The notes under the pieces: generated by a model
The model's input: only the letters and a program-made list of their open reading frames with translations
What the model was told of the DNA's origin: nothing
Databases searched by the model: none
NCBI GenBank assembly: GCA_040954595.2
Contig: CM082597.2
Coordinates: 8,711,778 to 8,775,777 of the forward strand
Direction: 5' to 3'
Origin: Balanoglossus misakiensis
Lineage: Eukaryota > Animalia > Hemichordata
DNA: 64,000 nucleotides
Made by a program: the position numbers and the translations under genes
Part shown: positions 44,529 through 57,100 of the stretch, in pieces
Layout of the letters: each line of letters opens with the position of its first letter
Numbering within the stretch: the stretch's first letter is position 1

Positions 44529-46810
44529 TATCTCATAGTGTAACCAGACTACAAGTGAAGAACCCCAGTAACAGACGTAACGAACAAACAAACTACATGT
44601 ACTAACAACAAAGCAAGAAAAGTGTCAAGCGTCGTCAAAGAAAACGAAATAGTTCTAGCATGGTTGGTAAAAGTTATTGGTAGAAAACGAATAGGGCCTT
44701 CTACAAATGACGTCTCAGACCCGCAAACGCCACCAGAACACAAAACACATGCACAGAACAGTTTAAGCCGGTTGTTGTATGGAGCAGCAATAATCTGCGG
44801 TTGGGCCGTCGTAGATTTTCGCTGGTGGTGAAAATAAATAAAACACGATCGATGTTCGATTTATTCCAGATCACATGCGTTTACGGCCAGAAGAGAGCAT
44901 AAAAGTCTTCAAATGACCATGTGGTGGCGCACTTTTTCCGATTGGCTGTATTTCAATTTGTTCGTGGTAAATTAATTTTGTGGAGGTGACCGGCACTGAA
45001 GCTCTTAGCTAGGATGAGGTGGGATGGAAAAATGCCCCATTTGACTCATTTTAGCTGTTTTAAAATATACGACTATTTATAGACAAAAGGAAAATAAAAC
45101 AAGCGCAAAAACATACCAAACCTAGTTTTATTAATTACAAAAAAAATTGCTGAGTAAAGGTTTTCATGTGGGCATTCACTTTGAACTTGCTAAATTAATT
45201 TAAAGAGACAAAGTCGCTCTCTCTTTGTCCTTTTGCGATGATGGAATGCTTGCTTGAAGTCTCTCGTGCAATAAATGATGTCGATTCATACATGTATGGA
45301 TGGTGTATAGGTGGTCGGAATTTACATGTCTTTGCCACGTCCAAACCAAAAACACATAAAATCAAACTTTGGGTCATGAAATCGAGTTTTGTTACAGTCT
45401 AGAATTTCATGCCACCCCTTTTGGTCATATTATTCTTGGTAGGCAAAAGTGACAAGTAGTCAAGTTTCAACACAGGCAACATTTTTACAAACAAACCACA
45501 AAGAAGACATCAAAAGGGAGAGAATTATAGAATGGTCAATGTGTGAATAGTTAAGATACGTAAAGTGGCCGGGTTCAACATAACATTAACTCATCGACTT
45601 CATATCGTCTTCATGCCATGGTTTTGCCTGCCCTGAAAGTTCTTGTCGTTGCAGAAGTGGTTTTGACAGAAAGAATTTAGTCTTCCGGGATGTTTGTGAT
45701 TATTTGAACACCAGACAATACAATGCAACCTTGACTTCCAAAATACTTACCGGCATTGCATTATCTTACCATGGTTAGGCCTACAGAGAACAAATTTTCA
45801 ACAATATTTTCTGAGTTACCGCTGATATTTGTTTTGTAGTATGGATATTAAATTATACATCCCGATACAAAACAGAATGTTATAGAATCCTTCCTGAGTG
45901 ATATTGAAAAAAATACCGGAATGCTATAGCCTAATCTATGGTTAGGGTTATTGCTATTATTTTATATCAGTAATCGACTTTGTGTATATCAATGTCATTT
46001 TCATAACGAAAATGAACTCGAGTCTAATGTAAACGTTACGAATTGATCGAAAGGCGCTCTGATGAATGTTAACACGAGTGCGCAATGACAAGACATGCAT
46101 CGTGCATGACAGTGACAACAGTTCCAATAGAGCAGTTAAAAAATAAACCGGCCGTCCGTAAATTTATCAGCTATATTTTTTTTTATTTAGTCACGTTTTC
46201 CCTGTTGAATGCTATTAGTTCAGGGGCCAGTTTTAGCAGTGCTCTATTGAGTACTTTCGTATCGATGGATTGATCTCTCGTCCAATCAGAATGGCGGATG
46301 GTAGCATGATCCGACATATTGCGTATTACAATAGGGCTTCCTCATACAGGTCAGAACAGAGAGGTCATTCCTTTTATTTTAGGACGTCTCAGCTCCTTTG
46401 TCTTTTCTGTTATTTTTTGACAAATGCGGATTGACGTTCCATTTCCAATTGGCGATAATTATATTTATTTGTATTTCATTGCATAAGCGCTTGCTAGTCG
46501 TTTTTTAGCAATTTTTTTTGTAGTACAAAAACACTGAAGAAAACGAAATATTTTATTCATTCGCACTTCCAAAGAACACCGTGACATAATTCCTCAATTT
46601 GCATTTCAGTGTGTGTGTCTGGTGTGTCTGCATTGACGTGAGGCGCATTCTCCACCCGCACACATACGTTGCATTGCATTCTTTGACTAATTAGTGTTAC
46701 GTCATGTTGAAGCAGGATTATGATTGAGTAGTAAGTAAGTTGCATAATTGACGCACAGCTGGTGCCTCGTTCTCGTACCGCTGACCATTGCATTTGAAAA
46801 ATCATTGCAG

Positions 46811-46873
46811 CTTTGACGTTCATCAAGCATGGAGGTCCCGGTCGCCTCCATGCTTGATGATGTCGTTTCTCTG
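46811..46873 (+). ncRNA. Candidate short exon of an unannotated spliced transcript, containing a perfect 16-bp hairpin
   Basis: Preceded by an 80-nt gtaagt...ctgac...ttgcag intron (46731-46810) and followed by |gtaagc. Confidence 0.45.
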
Positions 46874-47118
46874 GTAAGCATGGCATTTAATGTTATTTTA
46901 CAAGTACATGTACACTCCTTCTCGCAAAAACTGGTCGTGGTAGGGCGAGAGGGTCCCCCCAACATCGAAATTCTGACTTTGGGAAGCGTTACAGCACCAA
47001 ACAGTAAACTCACAGTCGCATGGAATTTGTGCGTTATATTACACCGTGCGAGTAAATTGTACGTCGTTCGTTGGCTCGAGTCAGCTTTGTTATTGTGGAG
47101 CAGGTGGTACCGTAACAC

Positions 47119-47532
47119 CACAGGGGGCTCTCCCTAGGCGATTTTATTGTTTGTTTGTTGTTGTTGATTGGCATAATAAACAAATACATATTTCTTTATT
47201 AATAAATATGGTTTGTTGACATGTAAGGGTTAGGTTATTAGGGTATATTTGACAGGTTATGGTATATTCAACGGTTAGAATTAGTGTTGGCATTTTTTCG
47301 ATCCATGGCCGGCATCACCCCCCCAAACCCCCCCCCCCCCACCCCCTGTGGCTTAGTGATGCCCGGGGCCGTGGATCGAAAAAAATGCCAACAGTAACCC
47401 TAACTGTTGAATATACCCTAACACTTACATGTCAACAAACCATATTTATTAATAAAGAAATATGTATTTGTTTATTATGCCAATCAACAACAACAAACAA
47501 ACAATAAAATCGCGGAGGGAGGAGCCCCTGTG
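47119..47532. mobile_element. Palindromic MITE with 7-bp TSD (P-element-like)
   Basis: gtaacac|CACAGGGG...CCCCTGTG|gtaacac, with long inverted arms around a C-rich loop. Confidence 0.8.
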
Positions 47533-47735
47533 GTAACACACTACAGTATAACTTTTAAGGCAAAGCGATAGCGAATAAACTGACCAGGGTTGGTTTTGTT
47601 GTTGGGGAGATTTTTGGCACCATTGAGACTGTTATAAGCTACCAGTGGGAGCTATGGTATAGCCGTTAACACGCAGCCCTGCCACGCAGAGCTTCTATGA
47701 CTGGTTACTAACTTCTATGTCTATTTGATTCACAG

Positions 47736-47810
47736 ATGCTGCCTGAAACTGTCTGCGTTTCAACTCGGGATTCTCTTCCTTGTCCGGGGCGAGTTTAAGA
47801 CCGCTCAATG
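47736..47810 (+). ncRNA. Candidate short exon A (duplicate at 54218-54292)
   Basis: Perfect TACTAAC branch point, tttgattcacag| acceptor and |gtaagc donor, 75 nt. Coding status unresolved. Confidence 0.55.
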
Positions 47811-48052
47811 GTAAGCATGACTTGCTTTATATTTGCTTTTATCGGGTGTTGCAACCGAAACAATAGGAAGAAATGTATGTCTACGAACTAATTTACATAT
47901 TCCAGCTTTCAATACAATGTACCTGTTTTTTCCCCTTCGAATTCTGGCCTCGATTGCTTGTGATATGATCGTGATGTCATGAATTAGATGGACAACTCAC
48001 AAGTTCAAATCTTCACGTGGAGCATAAAATAAATGTGGATGCATTTCCTTAA

Positions 48053-48399
48053 AGGGACAAAGTCTCTCTCTCGCTGCCCTTTTTTCCATTAATTATATTT
48101 GATACAAGACACCGTTTGTTATTCTACATGTAGATATATAGTGAATGAACGTTCAGCCACACACAACTTCCGTCCCACTTGTAGACACGAGAGTAAAAAT
48201 ACTCGCCAAAATGAATAATCGTTCTTTACCATTTATTCATTTTGGGCGAGTTTTTACTCTCATATCATACAAGCGGGATGGAAGTTTTGTGTGGTTGATC
48301 ATTTATTCACTATATATCCAAATGTACATTGACATAAACAGTGTCTTGTATCAAACATAATTAATGGAAAAAGGACAGCGACAGAGAGACTTTGTCCCT
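48053..48399. mobile_element. Palindromic Kolobok-type MITE
   Basis: ttaa|AGGGACAAAGTCTCTC...GAGAGACTTTGTCCCT|ttaa. Empty site (single TTAA) at 54514-54517. Confidence 0.88.
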
Positions 48400-48737
48400 T
48401 TAACCATATAGCTAAAATTACTCCCATATCAATACACAGGGAGATACTTTAACTTTGGCTGAACGTGTGCTAGTCCAACACTATGCTTAATCAAACTGGC
48501 TAAGAGATCTGTTATTATATTAGACGCATGAAGGAAAGTAATGTTGTTTAGAGTGAAATAAAACAATACTTTAGGCCAGAAAGAAAAATGTAAATCATGA
48601 CACAAACAGGCTGGAAATTTTTTCTGACCCTATATTATACCATGTTTTGCATATTTTCACTAATTTGTATGGCCCACATAATTCTAAAGCAAGGTTGATT
48701 GGTTACTAATTAATATTTGCATATATTTGATTCACAG

Positions 48738-48810
48738 TCTTAAACACAGCATTTCAACGTATGCCGGAGGAGGAAGAGAATACCTAGGCCTGATCCAAGA
48801 CCGCTTTCCG
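48738..48810 (+). ncRNA. Candidate short exon B (identical duplicate at 55470-55542)
   Basis: ggttactaat branch point, tttgattcacag| acceptor and |gtaagc donor, 73 nt. Shares aagaccgct near its 3' end with exon A. Confidence 0.55.
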
Positions 48811-51800
48811 GTAAGCACACCTTGCTGTATACATGCTCCATAGCTTGTTTGTAAATGCTACCTTTTCCCATCAAATAGTGAAGTCACCCTTTTAAAATTA
48901 TGGTGGTGGCAAGCCACAACTGGTTATCATGAAGAGTTGGACACCACTAATAATCATTTTAATATTTTCCAATTGGTAACCTTTATGTACCACTATCCTC
49001 AACAATTTCAGTCAACAAGATTCATATTGCGCTGTATAGCAAGGCCAAACAAATATGACTGATTGATAGGGATTTTTCTGAAAATGTGACAAAATCAACA
49101 AATAAACAATAATCAGTCACCAATCATGCATTATGTGTTATTCGAGGGAACCTGAGCGGGTCCCATAAACCTGCCAACCCATGCTAGCCATGACTTTACA
49201 AATGTTTCCGTCATACTATGCAGAAAATTCTGGCTGCCTTAAATAGGTTTTTCACTTTGCGCTAGGTGTCAAATCTCATTGCATTCTGGGCGGAAAGTCC
49301 ATAACCAACTGTAGTAAGAGATAGAAGAAATGATATGTTTACTGTATTTCATGACTTCCTTCGGTCAAACATTTCTGTCTCGGTAGTTAGCATATTAAAC
49401 TTTTTTTCACTTTTGCTATTTTTTCTGTTAAAAAGTTCAAGAATGACCCATCATCATTTTAGCTTATGAACTCCCATTTCTTTAACATGGCAAAAATCGG
49501 CCATCTTGAAATTATCGACCGTATGAGATTTTCATCACTCATTTAGGGTAGCTTAAAACGTGTTTAAAGTAGGGAGAATTGTATAGGCAAGACTTGGGCT
49601 GTAAATTTGATGAAATAGCTACATGACTATTGTTCACAAGCAGCTGACTGTACTGTAAGACTGGAAGTGTTGTGTACATATTTTACATATTCAATATTTG
49701 TAATTAGACCATGTCATGTATATCTTGGGGATTGCTCGATCACAATGTCTCTGCTGGTACAATGTCCTTTTAACATGTTCAGTAATATGGTAGTAATTGT
49801 AAGTTTGTGTGCGGCATTTGTAAATTATTTACAATTTATAAATTATTTTGTAAGTTTCTTCATTCTCAAATTGCTTGCCTAACGTACTGCATTAACATTT
49901 AAATTTTGGTATGATTTTGAGTAGACTTTTTGTTTCAAAATTATTTTTGACACTTTTGGGTGATATGATTTTACATGGAAAATCTGATTTCCCTGTAATT
50001 CGGTTGACAGGATTTTCATCATATCTCTAAATCATGAAGTACATGTATCAGACTTGCATCAGGCCCCCAAAATTCTAGTCGCCTTTGGCAAGTAATATTA
50101 GCCATTGATCTGGGAAAGTTACAAAAATGTGTTGTCCAAGGACGTTGAAGGTACATGTGGTTTTTACACTTGCTGCATGTTTATAATTTGCAATAGAAAT
50201 AGACACTCAGTGCCAGCCCACTATCCCGTCTCCTTATTGCTGACTTGTATGTATGTACGTATGTACGCATTTTATCAGAATTATTAGGTCCCATTTGGTA
50301 TATGTATTTATACCATGGTACCTTACGGGATCAGTTGCACCTGTATGTATGGATGTTTGTATGTCCATCAACATCAAACATTTGGAAACTACTGGCATTT
50401 CACCTTGATATTTAATGTGCAGACAGGGCAGTAGATGGGAGTTTGTCTAAGTGAAGTTGTCATTGCCAAAATATGCAAATTAGCTGGGAAAGTGTCAAAT
50501 TCGTCAAAACTTGGGAACTCAACAACTACTGGGCAAATTGCTTTCAAAATTGATAATTGGTATGCATGTACCTTATGGTATCCTCTCACAATTCTACATG
50601 TTGTGAGCTAATAATGTGAATTTTCTATTTTTAAGCATTTTTTTTGTCTCTTTCCACATTGTCGGTAAAAACCTACTTTTCTGGAATTGATCAGCTGACT
50701 TGTTTGAAATTTATTATGAAGCTTCATAGGTGATCTGAGTTACCAACCATAGTTTTGTTTAAATTGTTGCCAAAAATTGCGTATTTATAATTTTGGAGCA
50801 ATTTTTAGGTCCCATTTGGTTTATGTACATATATACGATTGGGACCTTATGGAATCAGTTGCATTTGTATGTATGAGTGAATGGATGAAAACCGCTGGGC
50901 ATATCACTTCCATATTTAGTGTGTAGATGCAGGCGGGGCTGTAGATGGGATTTTGTTCAAATGAAATTGTCATTGCCAAAATATTACCTGTGTAAATGTG
51001 AAATTGGTCAAAAGTCAGAAACTTGACAACCACTGGTCAGATTGGTATGTCAATGAACCCCATACAGTCCTGTATGTTGTGAGCTAATATTATGAATTTT
51101 CTAATGTTTATTAATTTTTTTTGTCTTTTTCCACATTATTGGTAAAAAAAATCTTCACTTCTGAAAGCGATAGTCCGACTCCTTCGAAATTTAGTATGAA
51201 GCTTCCTATGGGTGGTCCGAGTTACCATATTTTTTGTTCAGATTGTTGTAAAATAGGCATATTTATAATTTTGAGCAATTTTGCCAATTATGGTCAGAAT
51301 GCTTTGCAATTTGGTAGGCAGATTCCCAGGGGTAACCCAAGGAAGATGTCATAAAAATGGTTAAAACTGCGTGCTTGTGTTATTGGGGATATTTTTTGCA
51401 ATCTTTGTCAAAAACTGTTTTCTGTTAAACCGTTCAAACCCTTGTCAGATTGCTTTGAATTTTGGCAGGAATGTTCCTTGTAGTGATTGAAGTAAGATGG
51501 TGTACAATTATAGAGATGTTTGCATATTTGTGTTTTTGCCACTTTTGAACAAATGTGTTTTTCTTTGAAACTGCTTTTTTGATGGCTTTGAAATATGGTA
51601 GGAATATTCCTAGGGGTAACCCAATTTTTAGCTCACCTGAAAATCACGTGAGCTTATAGTTTAGCGATGTCTGTGTATGTGTGTGTCTGTCTGTATACCC
51701 GATATCTCAAGAACCGCTGAACCGATTTCAACCAAATTTAGTACACAGGTTCAGATATCATATGGCAAGAACTGGAAAGGTTTTGGTGGGTGTGGCTTTG

Positions 51801-54169
51801 ATATTAATGAAGTTATTAAAGTTTTAATTTTTCTATTACATGGTTGTCTATGAGAGCTTTCGTTAATGCTGCATATATGACCAGTGGAAACGATAGTTTG
51901 AGGAGATCGACTGTTTGAGGGCGCTGTGAAATGAGACATTCCTGGCGATATTGCCGTGGTTCTGTCCATGCTCAGACGCTGTACCCGTCGTTACGAATAA
52001 CTTCCCTACGTGAATCCACAAGGAAGCTAACGTTGTTTAGTTGCTTCATAGAGCGTAAATTGTTAATCTACAGGACCGTCAGACGAATACTCTTTTCAAA
52101 TGAAGTTTGAAACTACTTACGAGTAAGTTAGTGGAGACAATATGGCGGATAGTTGGCGTGCAGCCGAATCCGCGTTATGACTATGACGTGACCCATTCAT
52201 CAAGACAAACCGTAAATGATTCACGCATATTGTGGTCCTCACGCAGTCAATCTCAAAATGTCACCAGGCTTTCTATTTGTCTATTGTTCAGAGAAAAATA
52301 ACATGGCGGTTGATCACACTCAACAGTAAAATCCGTTTTGTGTGTTTATAGACAGTCTGTTATCGCCAATACTATATAGCGATTGCTAGATGGCCTACCC
52401 AATATGTGATCGAGCGAGAATGATAACATTGAATGTCTGTTCAGATCTCATTCCGTACGTCATACGTCAACATTTCGATTTCGATTTAATCCATTCATAA
52501 AGAATTTAGAGAAAGTCGTCTTGAATTGTGACCCCGACTATCAATTTTACGATGATTTTTTGGCGACGGAATACACGAGACGCCATTGCATAACTACGTC
52601 AGCTGGACTTCCAAGGTTACCATTTTGTGTGTATGGAATCTTATCACAGAGCCTACGTACTTTGACAATATGCCATGCTATATCAATGACGCCCCAGAAA
52701 ATTTGTCAAAAAATGAATTTGTCTTCTCATGGTGGTGCAATATATTTTAATGTCTATTTTGAGGTTGATTTTGGTTTTTGGCTAACATGTATATAAATGT
52801 CAGCTTATAGCATAAGTTGGTGTCCGTCGGCTATGTATGTCTGTATGTGTGCCTCATACAGAATTATGTATTTTGTGAATGGATCAGTTTCGTCTTAATG
52901 TATTGATGTATGTATGTGTATGTCCATCAACATCAAAAACTTGAAACTACTGATATTTAGTGTGTACATAGAAATTGTTATTGCGAAAAAATGCATACTG
53001 GTATTAACTGGAAAAATGTTCAAATAGTCAAAATTGAAAAACTTAATAACAGCGGATCAGATTAAGTTAAAAATTGGCGTGCATTGGTGTGCAAGTACTT
53101 TGGGAAGACCTCGTATGATTTTGTTCAGGTGGAGTCAGTATCTGGCGTTTCCTATTTTTTATGAATTTTTGGGGGAATTTTCTGCAGTTTTGTTAAAAAA
53201 AAATTTTCTCTGAAATTACATGTCCAATTGATTGGAAACTTGGTATGGAGGTTCATAGGGCTTACCTGAATCACATTTGTGCAAACGGTGGTGAAATTTG
53301 CAAAAATGCATTTTTGGGCAATATTTCCTGTTTTTGCCAAAAAATCCAATCCTGTGAAATGTAGGTGCAATTGTTTTGATACTTTGTATTTGGGTTTCTA
53401 GGGGTGATCTCAGTCAGATATGATCAAATTGTAATGAAATTTGCATAATTGTATTTTTTGGGAATTTCTGCAGGGTTTGGCCAAATAGTCTTCGGTAATA
53501 CCACAAGTCCAATTGGTTGGAAACTTTGAATGGGAATTCATATATGTGATATCAGTCAGATTTGTCTGAATTTCCTGTTGTTTGCCAAAATGTCTTCCTT
53601 ATTGAAACTTGTTAAAGAGGTTCTTAGGCATGAACAGAAATCAGATTTGTTGAAATCTGGTGAAATATTCATACTTTTTGGTATATTTCTTGCCATTTTT
53701 GATCAAAGAGTTTTAGAATTCCATAGACTTATTATTTTTATGCAGTTCAGGATGGGGTACATGACTCATAACCCCTTACAAAAATTGACAAGGCAACAAT
53801 TCCACAAACATGTTTACATTTCACAATGGTGCAACACACAACCCTTACACCATATACACTATAAACCAAAATGGTTTAAAACTGGTTTTTCTAATCTTGT
53901 TATTCTGTCAACCAATCACAGTACTGCACGTGAGCATATTCAGTTAATATCTGGTTCCTGATTGCTTTGGAAGTTAGTTAACAATTTCATAACACATGTA
54001 CATGTATGTGCAACTTTGATTAAATTCTGGTTGTCAATATTTAGGTAGTTTGTTGTAAATTTCTTTGTTTTTGGATAGCAAATCTTTTTAACCAATTGCT
54101 CAGTTTCTTTGAAAGTTACTGTTAACAAGGAGAGTTAGTACACCCAACTTAGACTTTTACACCCAACTT

Positions 54170-57100
54170 AGAGCTACTATGACTGGTTACTAACTTCTAT
54201 ATCTATTTGATTCACAGATGCTGCCTGAAATTGTCTGCATTTCAACTCGGGATTCTCTTCCTCGTCTGGGGCGAGTTTAAGACCGCTCAATGGTAAGCAT
54301 GACTTGCTGTATATTTGCTTTTATCGGGCGTGGCACAACCGAAACAATAGGAAACAATGTATGTCTACGAACTAATTTACACCTTCCAGTTATCAATACT
54401 TTTTTCCTTCGAATTCTAGCCTCGATTGCCTGTGATATGATCGTGATGACATGAATTAAATGGTCAAGTTCAAATCTTCATGTGAAGCATAAATTAAATT
54501 TGGATGCATTTCCTTAACCATATAGCTAGAAATTACTCCCATACCAATACACGGGGAGATACCGTAATTTTGGCTGAAAGTGTGCTAGTCCAACACTATG
54601 CTTCATCAAACTGGCTAAGAGATCTATTATTATATATAGACACATGAAGGAAAGTAATGTTGTTTATAGTGAAATAAAACAATACCTTAGGCCACAAAGA
54701 AAAATATAGATCACGACACAAACAGGCTGGAGTTTTTTTCAAAAATGTGTGCATAAGATCATATTGGCCCATGGTAATCAAAGCCAAAGCAGCCCAGTTC
54801 CAAATTCGAAACTCAGCTCAGTACCAGAAACTTGCTCAAAGCTACCAAATGCACAGAAAGTTTTGAGAATCTAGATGAAAAATCACCAAGCGACTAGTGC
54901 GCTTGTCTATGTTCAATGTGTCTTCCCTGGTAACAACATGTACTTCTGCCACCATGCCATGAGATATACTGACAGCCACGTTTGAAACATTTTAGTATAC
55001 TGATATTCAAAGTTTAAATGTAAAGGCTTACTTTTCTATAGTAAAATAAATGTTTTATAATTGCCAACAATTTACATTCTTGGGCTAATCAGTTGTATGA
55101 AAAGTGAGGTGGATCAAATGTAAGTTTCATTTTCACAACAAACATTAAGAAATCATTGTACAGTGTTACGTAGATGTCAAAGTGTGTGTACACCTGTCGT
55201 TTACAGATATGATGTCAGTTTCACTTGTCACCTAACTGCCATGTTTGTGGTATACCCATGTGGACCACTTTACTGCAGTACTGATGTAAATGGAGTTTCA
55301 AGATCGCTGTTACAGATTTCTCTGATTCGTATTCCACGTACATTATCGCAGCACAGTCTGACCCTATATTATACCATGTTTTGCATATTTTCACTAATTA
55401 GTATGGCCCAAATAATTCTAAAGCAAGGTTGATTGGTTACTAATTGATAAGCATATATTTGATTCACAGTCTTAAACACAGCATTTCAACGTATGCCGGA
55501 GGAGGAAGAGAATACCTAGGCCTGATCCAAGACCGCTTTCCGGTAAGCACAACTTGCTGTATACATGCTCCATAGCTTGTTTGTAAAGGCTACCTTTTCC
55601 CATCAAATAGTGAAGTCGCCCTTTCAAAATTATGGTGGTGGTAAGCCACAACTGGTTATCATGGAGAGCCCCATATAAACTTACCAGCCCACGCTAGCCA
55701 TGACTTTACAAATGTTTCCGTCATACTATGCAGAAAATTCTGGCTGCCTTAAATAGGTTTTCACTTTGCGCTAGGGGGTCAAATCACATTGCATTCTGGG
55801 CGAAAAGTCTACAACCCACTGTAGTAAGAGGTGGAAGAAATGATACATTTTGTGTATTTCATGCTTTGGTCAAACATGTCTGTCTCTGTAGTTAGCATAT
55901 TAAACTCATTAAATGTTTTTCACATTTTGTTATTTTGTCTGTTATGACCCATTATCACTTTAGCTTTAGCTTAGGCTCCATTCACAAACACCTCTGGATG
56001 GGGGGGGGGGGAGAATTCAATTTTTTTACTGCTAATTTTCACATGCCCCCCCCCCTGTACACAACCCGAAATATTTTCAAATCCCCCACCCCCTTCTGAA
56101 CTGCCAAAATTTTAAAATCCCCCCCCCCCCCCATTTTCTTTCACAGAGCAAAACACATCACTTATCTATCTTGTAAAAAAGAAAAACAGCGCTCCCATGA
56201 AAAGACTTTGAAACTGATGTTTCCCCTCATCAGTGGGTATTAAAACTGAACATGGTTTTTATTTTTTAAGTATTTGTATTCTGTGTTGGGAGACATTGTA
56301 AACCGGGAATTGAAGGGGGTGGGTGTGGGAAGGGGTGTCCCCCTCCCACGTAAGAAAATTTTATAAAATACAGAGCTCAAAGCTGCATTTTTATGAACCC
56401 GGCAAAAGCAAATTAACTCAACTACCAGTATGTTGGGGAGGATAAATTTAACCGTCGCCGCTCAAAGTTATCATGGGGTGGGGGCAAGTCCCCTGACATG
56501 GGACACTAGATAAACCAGTTAATGATTGAAAGGTGTTGATGAATGGAGGGGGGTGGGTGTGGGAGGGGGTGTAAAATAAAGGGCGCGAAACTGCATTTTT
56601 GTGGACTCAAAATAAATATTTAGTCGTCAAAGTTTTCAAGTCCCCCCTTTCAGTCCCTAAATTATTTCAAATCCCCCCTTACATACCTTCAATTTTTTCA
56701 AATCCCCCCCCCCCCCGCTCAATTCTCCTGCCCCCCCCCCCTCTCCAGAGGTGTTTGTGAATGCAGCCTTATGAACTCCCATTTCTTTAACATGGCAAAA
56801 ATCGGCCATCAATTGTCGACCATATGAGATTTTCATCACTCACTTAGGGTAGCTTAAGGGAGAATTGTATAGGCATGACTTGGGCTGTAAATTTGATGAA
56901 ATAGCTACATGCCTATTGTTAACAAGCAGCTGACTGTACTGAAAGAATGGAAGTGTTGTGTACCTATTTTACATATTCAATATTTGTAATTAGACCATGT
57001 CATGTATATCTTGGGGATTGCTCGATCGCAATGTCTCTGCTGGTACAATGTCCTTTTAACTTGTACAGTAATATGGTAGTGATTGTAAGTTTGTGTACGG

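Larger units (their letters stand above)
47688..51556 (+). repeat. Older segmental duplication, copy 1
   Basis: Collinear with 54170-59748, roughly 90% identical by eye, with copy-specific indels. Confidence 0.85.

Noticed and set aside
45600-45775. THAP-like HCIVWCSNNHKHPG peptide on the minus strand
   Set aside because: Too short, stop-bounded and lacking the downstream W and C..HF spacing, so it cannot be supported.
628-46310. Short matches between distant loci (628-745 with 38657-38760; 16950-17090 with 36370-36540 inverted; 17845-17960 with 49457-49580; 42653-42742 with 46215-46310)
   Set aside because: Best explained as ordinary fragments of dispersed repeat families, with no consistent larger structure.
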